Of a stretch of DNA of 64,000 nt, positions 47,067 through 55,158 are shown piece by piece. The stretch's first letter is position 1; every line of letters starts with the position of its first letter. The notes below the pieces were generated by a model, which did no database searches, had not been told where the DNA came from, and saw only the letters and a program-made list of their open reading frames with translations. The translations under genes and the position numbers were made by a program. Source of the stretch: Bacteroidales bacterium (GTDB lineage: Bacteria; Bacteroidota; Bacteroidia; Bacteroidales; WCHB1-69); NCBI GenBank assembly GCA_016285085.1, contig JAEEQA010000001.1, positions 23,608 to 87,607 of the forward strand, read 5' to 3'.

Positions 47067-47432
47067 TTAGGCGGCGGTGTTTTTTATCTTTTTCATAATA
47101 GACATAAGCATTTTACCTATTTCTGTCAGTAAATCTAGAATAGGCTGAATTTCCTGCTCTGTCATGTAGTTAATGTGGACACATAAAAGAAACTGTGTTT
47201 CTAATTCACAAAGAGAACCTTTGGCTATTGCAAGAAATTGAAGATACTCTTTTGCGGAGTTTCTTCCGTAGCCTTCTGCAATATTTGATGGAATAGATAC
47301 AGCGGCTCTTCTCATTTGGTTGGTGAGAGAGAATAATTCCTCCTTAGGCAGATTTTTAGTTAGTGAATAGGTCATTGAAGCCATTTCCATTGCTTTCTGC
47401 CAAACAATCAAATCCTTAAAACTCCGTATCAT
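47067..47432 (-). CDS. Four-helix-bundle protein (TIGR02436 family; '23S rRNA intervening-sequence protein').
   Basis: FKDLIVWQKAMEMA..LPKEELFSLTNQMRRAAVSIPSNIAEGYGRNSAKEYLQFLAIAKGSLCELETQ. AT-rich. Confidence 0.85.
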   Translation of the reverse strand: MIRSFKDLIVWQKAMEMASMTYSLTKNLPKEELFSLTNQMRRAAVSIPSNIAEGYGRNSAKEYLQFLAIAKGSLCELETQFLLCVHINYMTEQEIQPILDLLTEIGKMLMSIMKKIKNTAA

Positions 47433-47444
47433 AACTCCAATTCT

Positions 47445-47484
47445 AAAAACTAAACCCTATCCCCTATTCACTAACAACTATCCC
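47445..47484. repeat. Inverted partner of the 46963-47066 array (CCCCTAT-type units) on the 5' side of the four-helix-bundle gene.
   Basis: The reverse complement reads AAATAGGGGATAGTTGTTAGTGAATAGGGGATAGGGTTTAG. Compare AAATAGGGGTTAGGGGTTAGTAATTAGGGG on the other flank. Confidence 0.7.
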
Positions 47485-49887
47485 CTATTTCTTGATTCTC
47501 ATTCCATAGAACGATCTGTACACGAACAGCAGGCCGATGATGAGGAAGAAGAGGCCGATGTACGGAGTGTAGTCGTTGTCGGACATCTTCATGGCGACGG
47601 CGATTTCGACGGCCAGCATTCCGAACAGCGTGGAGAACTTGATGATGGGGTTCATGGCCACGGAGGAGGTGTCCTTGTACGGGTCGCCGACGGTGTCGCC
47701 GATGACCGTAGCTGCGTGCAGGTCGGTGTTCTTCTCCTGAAGGTCAACCTCCACCACTTTCTTGGCATTGTCCCACGCACCGCCGGCGTTGGCCATGTAG
47801 ATGGCTTGGAACAATCCGAAGATGGCGATGGAAATCAGGTAGGCCACGAAGAAGTTGGGGTTGAAGAACGCGAAGGCCAGTGTGAGGCAGAAGATAACGG
47901 CGAAGATGTTCCACATACCCTGCTGTGCATAGCGGGTGCAGATCTTCACCACGGTCTTGGAGTCGTTGATGTCGGCTTCGGTCTTGTCGAGGTTGAGGTT
48001 CTTCTTGATGAACTCCACGGCGCGATAGGCACCCGTGGTGACGGCCTGCATGGAGGCGCCGCTGAACCAGAAGATGACTGCACCGCCGGTGATGAGACCG
48101 AGAATGACGGGGGCATCAGTGAGGCTCAGCTGGAGGAGTCCGAGGTTGTTGAGCAACAGGATGATGGCGAAAATCATCGTGGTGGCGCCCACCACTGCCG
48201 TACCGATCAGCACCGGCTTGGCCGTGGCCTTGAAGGTATTGCCCGCACCGTCGTTGGCTTCAAGGAAGTACTTGCCTTTCTCGAAATCCGGAACGAAGCC
48301 GTACTCTTTCTCGATGTCGGACTTGATGGCGGGGATGCGCTCGATCTGCGACAGTTCGAAGACGGACTGGGCGTTGTCGGTTACCGGTCCGTAGCTGTCC
48401 ACGGCGATGGTGACGGGACCCATGCCCAAGAAACCGAAGGCCACGAGGCCGAAGGCGAAGATAGCGTAGTAGGTACCGAAGATGTCGAGACCGCTGGCGG
48501 AGAAGAAGAAGGCAGCGAGCATCAGGCCGACCATCACGATGCCTTTCCAGAAAGCGCTGAAGTTGCCGGCCACCATGCCGGAGAGGATGGTGAGGGAGGC
48601 GCCGCCTTCGCGGGAGGCCGTCACCACCTCCTGCACATGGCGGGAGTTGGAACTGGTGAACGCTTTGGTGAGCTCGGGGATGATGGCAGCGGCCAGCGTG
48701 CCCAAGCTGATGATGGAGGCCAGACGCCACCACATGTCACCGGAGATGCTGGCGGAAACAGAACCTTCCGCGGCAAAACCGTAGTTGTTGAGCAGCAGGT
48801 AGCTGATGGCAAAGGTCACTGCAATGGAAACGAGGGAGGTAATCCAAACGAGGGAGGTCAGCGGGCTCTCGAAGTTGAAGTTGCTGGCTTCTTTGAATTT
48901 GATTTTGGAAACGAGGTCGTTGATGCCGTAAGAAATCAAAGAGGTGAAGACCATGAGGATACGCATGGCGAAGATCCATACAATGAGGAGGGCTTGCAGT
49001 TCGACGGAGGGAACGGCGAGGATGATGAAGGAGATGAGGGCGACGCCGGTCACGCCGTAGGTTTCGAAACCGTCGGCGGTGGGTCCGACGCTGTCGCCGG
49101 CATTGTCACCGGTGCAGTCGGCGATGACACCGGGGTTGCGCGGGTCGTCTTCCCCGATCTTGAAGATAACTTTCATGAGGTCGGAACCGATGTCGGCAAT
49201 CTTGGTGAAGATACCGCCGGCGATACGCAAGGCACTGGCACCCAGCGACTCACCGATGGCGAAGCCGATCAAGCAGGCACCGGCACTTTCGGCAGGCACA
49301 AACAGCAGAATCACCAGCATGAGAATCAGCTCGATGGTGATGAGCAGCAGACCCACGCTCATACCCGACTGCAACGGGAGGGAGACCACCGGCCACGGCT
49401 TGCCCTGCAAGGAGGCGAAGGAGGTGCGGCTGTTGGCGAAGGTGTTGATGCGGATACCGAACCATGCCACGACATAGGAACCGCCGATACCAAGCACCGT
49501 CCACAGCAGGATGGTGAGCACCTGCGGCAGCGACTTCCCGTTGAGGAAGCCAAAGTAGAAGCAGATGGCCGTTCCGATGATGGCGAACAGAATCAGCAGG
49601 AACTTACCTTGCTGAAGCAAGTAAGTCTTGCAGGTTTCGTAAATGGTTTCGGAAACTTTCTTCATGGATTCATGGACGGGTTTGCGGCGGATGCGCAGGG
49701 CTTGTATCAAGCCAAACACCAGTCCGATGATGACGATGATGGCACCCCAGAGGAGGAGGGCCTTTCCGGTGAGAGCACCGTTGAAGAAGTTCACTTGCGT
49801 GAAGTTCGGCAGGGTGAGGTCAGCCTCACTGGCGTGCAAAAAGAAAGGGCACAGCATCATTGCTGCCAAAAATAATTTTTTCTTCAT
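47485..49887 (-). CDS. hppA: Membrane-bound ion-translocating pyrophosphatase.
   Basis: GDTVGDPYKDTSSVAMNPIIKF, DCTGDNAGDSVGPTADGFETY and DNAKK blocks. 800 aa with an N-terminal signal-like extension. Confidence 0.9.
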   Translation of the reverse strand: MKKKLFLAAMMLCPFFLHASEADLTLPNFTQVNFFNGALTGKALLLWGAIIVIIGLVFGLIQALRIRRKPVHESMKKVSETIYETCKTYLLQQGKFLLILFAIIGTAICFYFGFLNGKSLPQVLTILLWTVLGIGGSYVVAWFGIRINTFANSRTSFASLQGKPWPVVSLPLQSGMSVGLLLITIELILMLVILLFVPAESAGACLIGFAIGESLGASALRIAGGIFTKIADIGSDLMKVIFKIGEDDPRNPGVIADCTGDNAGDSVGPTADGFETYGVTGVALISFIILAVPSVELQALLIVWIFAMRILMVFTSLISYGINDLVSKIKFKEASNFNFESPLTSLVWITSLVSIAVTFAISYLLLNNYGFAAEGSVSASISGDMWWRLASIISLGTLAAAIIPELTKAFTSSNSRHVQEVVTASREGGASLTILSGMVAGNFSAFWKGIVMVGLMLAAFFFSASGLDIFGTYYAIFAFGLVAFGFLGMGPVTIAVDSYGPVTDNAQSVFELSQIERIPAIKSDIEKEYGFVPDFEKGKYFLEANDGAGNTFKATAKPVLIGTAVVGATTMIFAIILLLNNLGLLQLSLTDAPVILGLITGGAVIFWFSGASMQAVTTGAYRAVEFIKKNLNLDKTEADINDSKTVVKICTRYAQQGMWNIFAVIFCLTLAFAFFNPNFFVAYLISIAIFGLFQAIYMANAGGAWDNAKKVVEVDLQEKNTDLHAATVIGDTVGDPYKDTSSVAMNPIIKFSTLFGMLAVEIAVAMKMSDNDYTPYIGLFFLIIGLLFVYRSFYGMRIKK

Positions 49888-50048
49888 AATTTAATATTTT
49901 GATTGATAATTATTTACAATATTTAGGTTTTTTTAAAGTCGAACCTGCAAAAGTAAATAATTTTCAGAATTAAGGAACATTAATAATTGTATTCGTTACG
50001 CAAAAATTTGTGGATTTCACGTTTGGGGAAAATGTGTAATTTTGCAAA

Positions 50049-52145
50049 ATGAAAAAGTGCTTCTTGCTTCTTGCGACGATTTTTGTCTGTTTCAACTTTT
50101 GTACAAAAGTTTGCGGACAAACAGCAGACACGCTGCCCCTTTCCGAAAGGGTGGAGTATTTGATTTCGCAACTGACTTTGGACGAGAAACTGTCGCTGAT
50201 GGAGCACCACAACCCCGCCATCGAGCGGCTCGGGCTGCAAGAGTACAGCTGGTGGAACGAGGCGCTGCACGGCGTGGGCCGCAACGGCACCGCCACCGTC
50301 TGGCCAATGCCCATCGCCCTCGCCGCCACCTTCACTCCTTTCCTGGTACGGCAAGTCTTTTCTCATACAGCGTTTGAGGCACGGCAGAAGTACCACGAGG
50401 CGCAGGCCGCCGGCAATTACGGCGACTATGCGGGCCTCACCTTTTTCACCCCCAACATCAACATCTTCCGTGACCCGCGCTGGGGCCGCGGCATGGAAAC
50501 CTACGGCGAGGACCCGTTTCTCACCGCACAGATGGGGCTGGCTTGCGTTTACGGACTGCAATACAGCTACTCGCTTAAGTGGGGTTTGTGGAATTCCGAC
50601 AGGATTGATACCGTTCACCTTACCGCCGCCGCCTGCCTCAAGCACCTCGCCGTTCACAGCGGCCCCGAAGGCACACGGCACCAGTTCAATGCCACCGTCT
50701 CGCCCCGCGACCTATGGACCACCTACCTGCCCGCCTTCGAGTACATCATCAAAAATGGCGACGTGCAACAGGTGATGTGCGCCTACAACCGCCTCAACGG
50801 AGAACCTTGTTGCACCAATAAAGAACTGTTGGTAAATATTTTACGGAATAAGTGGCACTACAACGGACTGCTGGTCACCGACTGCTGGGCGCTGAACGAC
50901 TGCTGGGAGCACGACACCGTAATACCCCGTCACGAAACCCACGCCACCGCCGCTCGCACCGCTGCCGACGCCTTTGGCAGCGAAGTGGACCTCGAGTGCG
51001 GCAGCGGTCTCGCCGCCCTCCGCACCGCCGTGGACTCCGGTTGGATCTCCGAAAGCAAGATCAACGAGCACGTGCGCCGCATCCTCACCACCCGTCTGCG
51101 TGTCACCGAGGAAAACGAGACTGGCGAATGTGGGAGGCCTCGCTACACACCGAAGGAGATATATGCCGAGTCGTTGGTGTTGCTCAAAAACAAAAGAGTG
51201 TTGCCCCTTCCCACAACGACCAAAATTCATTTGACAGGCCCCAATGCCGCTGACTCACTCATGCCCCTCGGCAACTACAACGGCACACCGGAACATACCG
51301 TCACCATTGAGGAGGGGCTGCGGGAGAAATTCCAGCTTGCCGACATTCAAAATGCGAATGTTATTGTGTACGCCGGCGGCCTCAACCCGCAGTTGGAAGG
51401 GGAGGAGTTGAAAGTGGACATCCCCGGTTTTTACAAAGGCGACCGCACATGGATAGAACTTCCTGAAAATCAGATACAAGATTTGAAAAGGCTGAAAGCA
51501 ACGGGAAAACCTGTCGTGCTACTGCTTTGCACGGGCAGCGCCATTGCCTTAGAGGAGGTGGAGCCGCTGGTGGATGCCATTATGGTGTGCTGGTACGGAG
51601 GGCAGGAAATGGGCACGGCAGTGGCAGAGGCATTGTCTGGAAAAAACACCAGTTTTGGACGGTTGCCTGTCACTTTCTACCGTTCCACGAAGCAACTGCC
51701 CGACTTCGACAGCTACGATATGCGCGGCCGCACTTACCGCTATATGGAAGAAAAACCGCTCTATCCTTTCGGTTTCGGACTCACCTACTCCGAATTCAAA
51801 CTTTCCGATGTTTCTTTTGACTCCAAAACTCTCACTGTCAGAGGTAAAGTAAAAAATCGTAAAAATAAGGAAGGGGTACGTTTGAGTAAAGCGGTGGTGC
51901 AAGTCTATGCCTCTACACCTGATATAAAGGGGAGTCCGAAGAAGTCGTTGGTAGGCATCGATTTTATTTTTCTACCTGAGAACAAAACAGGTGAGGTTGA
52001 GATTGCCCTTGATCCTTTCTGGTTGCGGGTGTATGACGAGGAGCGTCAGGAGATGGTGGAGCCGCCCGCCGGCACCCGCTTCGTGTTGGAGGTGGGCTTC
52101 AGCAGCGCCGACCCCAACGCAGTGAAACTGGAATGGACCTGGTGA
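50049..52145 (+). CDS. Glycoside hydrolase family 3 (beta-glucosidase/beta-xylosidase-like), exported.
   Basis: Signal peptide ..FCTKVCGQ. Blocks RDPRWGRGMETYGEDP, KHLAVHSGPE and GLLVTDCWAL. C-terminal Fn3-like domain. Confidence 0.8.
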   Translation: MKKCFLLLATIFVCFNFCTKVCGQTADTLPLSERVEYLISQLTLDEKLSLMEHHNPAIERLGLQEYSWWNEALHGVGRNGTATVWPMPIALAATFTPFLVRQVFSHTAFEARQKYHEAQAAGNYGDYAGLTFFTPNINIFRDPRWGRGMETYGEDPFLTAQMGLACVYGLQYSYSLKWGLWNSDRIDTVHLTAAACLKHLAVHSGPEGTRHQFNATVSPRDLWTTYLPAFEYIIKNGDVQQVMCAYNRLNGEPCCTNKELLVNILRNKWHYNGLLVTDCWALNDCWEHDTVIPRHETHATAARTAADAFGSEVDLECGSGLAALRTAVDSGWISESKINEHVRRILTTRLRVTEENETGECGRPRYTPKEIYAESLVLLKNKRVLPLPTTTKIHLTGPNAADSLMPLGNYNGTPEHTVTIEEGLREKFQLADIQNANVIVYAGGLNPQLEGEELKVDIPGFYKGDRTWIELPENQIQDLKRLKATGKPVVLLLCTGSAIALEEVEPLVDAIMVCWYGGQEMGTAVAEALSGKNTSFGRLPVTFYRSTKQLPDFDSYDMRGRTYRYMEEKPLYPFGFGLTYSEFKLSDVSFDSKTLTVRGKVKNRKNKEGVRLSKAVVQVYASTPDIKGSPKKSLVGIDFIFLPENKTGEVEIALDPFWLRVYDEERQEMVEPPAGTRFVLEVGFSSADPNAVKLEWTW

Positions 52146-52210
52146 TTCCACGCTCACTACCGCGTACCGGGCCGCTGGGGTGGAAAAGAAGTCGCTTTCT
52201 TTGAACTATT

Positions 52211-52663
52211 TTACTCTTCCTCTTTTTCTCCTGCTTTTTTCGCCCCTTCGTAGATGATAAAACAACCCGGGTACAGGAATCCCCACAAGAGAAACACACC
52301 GTCTAAGTATGACTTAAACGTATACGGCCCATCATCTCCATACTGCACAATAACACCAAGGCAGAATGACATAAACAGACTGCAAATCATGAAAAAGAGA
52401 TATTGGTGCTTTTCAAGCCAAGATAAAAAGATATCCTTTTCAGACTCTTTCCTGTTCGCTTTTTCGGCAGCTTTATATGTGACAAAACCGACGGGGTACA
52501 GGAATCCCCACATGAAAAAAATGTCGTGGCAGAAATCCTGTACTGAAAAGGCGTCACTGAATAACTGCACAAAAAAATTGACAAAAACAGAACCGCAAAA
52601 ACTCACAAGCATGAACCAAAGGTATTTGTGCTTGTTGAGCCAGGAAAAGGGAATGGTTTTCAT
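52211..52663 (-). CDS. Hypothetical membrane protein made of two tandem homologous halves.
   Basis: FSWLNKHKYLWFMLVSF..WGFLYPVGFVTYKAAEKANRKE versus LSWLEKHQYLFFMICSL..WGFLYPGCFIIYEGAKKAGEKE. Confidence 0.5.
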   Translation of the reverse strand: MKTIPFSWLNKHKYLWFMLVSFCGSVFVNFFVQLFSDAFSVQDFCHDIFFMWGFLYPVGFVTYKAAEKANRKESEKDIFLSWLEKHQYLFFMICSLFMSFCLGVIVQYGDDGPYTFKSYLDGVFLLWGFLYPGCFIIYEGAKKAGEKEEE

Positions 52664-52746
52664 ATATTTAAAGGCAAATTTTATTTATCAATACCTGGTT
52701 TGATTATTGAGGTGGCAAAAATACATATAATTGATGAGATTTTAAT

Positions 52747-52830
52747 CCTTCACAGCAGAAATGTGAACTGTACATTGAAAAACAACAACAAAAGCAACGA
52801 ATTATTTTTATCCCTTCACAGCAGAAATGT
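52747..52830. repeat. Two direct copies of CCTTCACAGCAGAAATGT (extended about 26 nt) spaced 66 bp apart.
   Basis: Copies at 52747-52764 and 52813-52830. The flanks also match (TTtAATCCTTCACAGCAGAAATGTgAAC and TTtATCCCTTCACAGCAGAAATGTtAAAC). Confidence 0.8.
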
Positions 52831-52973
52831 TAAACCCTCGCATCATTTTTAGAGAGTGCAAGGTTGCAATTTTCTACTTTAACTGAAGATATTTTGCAAA
52901 AATCTGTGATGTTGTTAGAAAAAGAATAGCCTCGGAGAGGCTGTAGGCATGAAATGCAAATAACGCCATACAA

Positions 52974-53035
52974 GCCGTCAGGCGCAATAACACCACACTG
53001 CGCTTCGCTTGTGCGGTGTTATTGCGCCTGACGGC
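52974..53035. repeat. Long hairpin (25-bp stem, one mismatch, 12-nt loop).
   Basis: GCCGTCAGGCGCAATAACACCACAC-tgcgcttcgctt-GTGCGGTGTTATTGCGCCTGACGGC. Confidence 0.85.
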
Positions 53036-53432
53036 GCGTCTCATGCCTTCGGCATGACTTTCAGCATGAGACGTTTCCTTGTTGCACTAATTTCTATAAC
53101 AATTACAAGTCTGCTACCGTGGAATGGGATTGCGCAACCGACAAAGTTAAAACATCTTAAACCCGTTGAGATCACAGAACTGGGACCCGGCAAAGACAAT
53201 GCAAGTGGAATGGAGTGTACAACCTCAATGGTCCGGATATCATTATGGCGCGAGGGCGCGCATGGAATCGGAAGATGTTAAGGCAAAGAAAGCATGTTCA
53301 AGATGCAGAGTGAATTTTGCTGCTTTTGACTTTCATTTTCTACAGATGTTACTTAAAAAAAGTCGTATTTTTGCCGATTCTTATTTTGGAATACGAATAT
53401 ACTACTTATAAATCATAACAATCTGAAAATCA

Positions 53433-55154
53433 GTGAAATTATTTGACAAATCGAATTTGAAAGGGGATATTTTCGGCGGGTTGACCGCGGGAATCGTTGC
53501 CTTGCCGTTGGCCTTGGCTTTCGGTATCCAGGCGTTTGGTGTGATCAGTGTGGAAGAGGTCGGCAATATCGGCGCGGTCGGTGCCCTGGCCGGTCTGACG
53601 GGCGCGATGATGCTCGGCTTTTTCGCCTCGCTGTTCGGCGGCACCCCCTCCCAAATCAGCGGCCCCACCGGCCCGATGACGGTCATCTCGGCAACCCTCA
53701 TCTCCACCGTCTGGGCCACCAGCCAACCCCACAGCATCGAAACCGTCATCGTGAGCATGGCCCTCGCCGCCATCCTCTGCGGCCTGTTCCAGATTCTGTT
53801 CGGCATCCTCAAAATCGGCAAGTACATCCGCTACATCCCCTACCCCGTGCTGTCGGGATTTATGAGCGGTATCGGCATCATCATCATCGTGCAGCAGATC
53901 TACCCGCTGCTCGGCATGAAGTCGCCGGTGCTGATTGTGGATATGATCACCCAGCTGCCCGACAAGATCGGCGGCTTGGACGTGACGGCGCTGCTGCTCG
54001 GCTTGGGCACTGTCGCCATCATCTATCTTTTCCCACTTATTACCAAGAAGATACCCGCCACACTGGTCGCCCTCATCGTGATGACCGTCGTGGCCGTCCT
54101 CATCCATTTCGACCCGAAACTCACCATCGGCGAGATTCCGTCGGGCTTCCCGCTGCCCTTCTTCGTCGGGCACGAAGTCGGCGGCATCGACTGGCTGGCG
54201 GTGGCGAAGATGGCCGTGATTCCGGCCCTCACGTTGGCGGGCCTCGGTTCCATCGACACACTGCTCACCTCCGTGGTGGCCGACAACACCACCAAGACGA
54301 AACACAATAGCAATCAAGAACTTATCGGGCAAGGTATTGGCAACATCGCCGTCGGACTATTCGGCGGACTTCCGGGTGCCGGTGCCACGATGCGTACGGT
54401 GGTCAACATCAACAGCGGCGGGCGTACGCGGCTGTCGGGCATGGTCCACGGCCTCTTCCTGCTGGCCGTGCTGCTCGGTCTCGGCAGCTTGGTGAAGTTC
54501 GTCCCCCTCTCCGTCCTCGCCGGCATTTTGATTACGGTGGGTGTTGGAATCATTGATTTCAAAGGACTTAAAGACCTGCTTAAAATCCCGAAGGCCGATG
54601 CCGTGGTGCTCCTCACCGTATTGTTCCTCACCGTTTTTGTGGATCTGCTGATTGCCGTCGGCATCGGTATGGTCATCGCCTGCGTGCTGTTCATGAAACG
54701 CGCCAGCGACCTCGTGGAGGGCAGCTACCATCTCGACAAAATCTCCACTTTCGACAAGGAAATCCCATGGGAAGATGAAAAGGTGCTGACCGACGAAATC
54801 CGCAGCAAGATTTACATCCAGCGTCTGAACGGCCCCATCTTCTTCGGCTCCATCACCAAGTTCCAGGAGGTGATGAACTCCATCCCGGAGGACGCCAAGG
54901 TGGTGATTATCCGTATGCGCCTCGTCTCCTTCATGGACCAGTCGGGGCTGTACGCAATGGAAACGGCCATCAAGGACCTGCAGGCGCGCGGCGTGACGGT
55001 GCTGATGACCATCATCCAGCCGCAGCCGATGTACATGCTCACCAAGATGAACGTGATTCCCAACGTGGTGCCGCAGGGACACACCTTCGCCACCTTCGAG
55101 GATTGCGGACATTTTTTGAGCAAAGAGATTGATAATTTGACCATTAGCAAATAA
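53433..55154 (+). CDS. SulP-family anion transporter with C-terminal STAS domain.
   Basis: GDIFGGLTAGIVALPLALAFG.., polytopic core, and a STAS region (IYIQRLNGPIFFGS..VIIRMRLVSFMDQSGLYAME). GTG start at 53433. A TAttTTTG box lies at about 53366. Confidence 0.85.
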   Translation: MKLFDKSNLKGDIFGGLTAGIVALPLALAFGIQAFGVISVEEVGNIGAVGALAGLTGAMMLGFFASLFGGTPSQISGPTGPMTVISATLISTVWATSQPHSIETVIVSMALAAILCGLFQILFGILKIGKYIRYIPYPVLSGFMSGIGIIIIVQQIYPLLGMKSPVLIVDMITQLPDKIGGLDVTALLLGLGTVAIIYLFPLITKKIPATLVALIVMTVVAVLIHFDPKLTIGEIPSGFPLPFFVGHEVGGIDWLAVAKMAVIPALTLAGLGSIDTLLTSVVADNTTKTKHNSNQELIGQGIGNIAVGLFGGLPGAGATMRTVVNINSGGRTRLSGMVHGLFLLAVLLGLGSLVKFVPLSVLAGILITVGVGIIDFKGLKDLLKIPKADAVVLLTVLFLTVFVDLLIAVGIGMVIACVLFMKRASDLVEGSYHLDKISTFDKEIPWEDEKVLTDEIRSKIYIQRLNGPIFFGSITKFQEVMNSIPEDAKVVIIRMRLVSFMDQSGLYAMETAIKDLQARGVTVLMTIIQPQPMYMLTKMNVIPNVVPQGHTFATFEDCGHFLSKEIDNLTISK

Positions 55155-55158
55155 CACA

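Noticed and set aside
52747-52830. Possible CRISPR mini-array (two repeats of about 26 nt with a spacer of about 40 nt).
   Set aside because: There are only two copies and no third repeat at the expected period. There are no cas genes in the window, and the repeat shows no obvious internal stem of the kind many CRISPR repeats have. It is kept as a generic direct-repeat finding only.
52863-52890. Resemblance of AATTTTCTACTTTAACTGAAGAT to the Cas12a direct-repeat stem-loop (AATTTCTACTnnnnGTAGAT).
   Set aside because: It is a single copy. The would-be stem TCTAC/GAAGA has a mismatch. There is no array and no cas12a gene.
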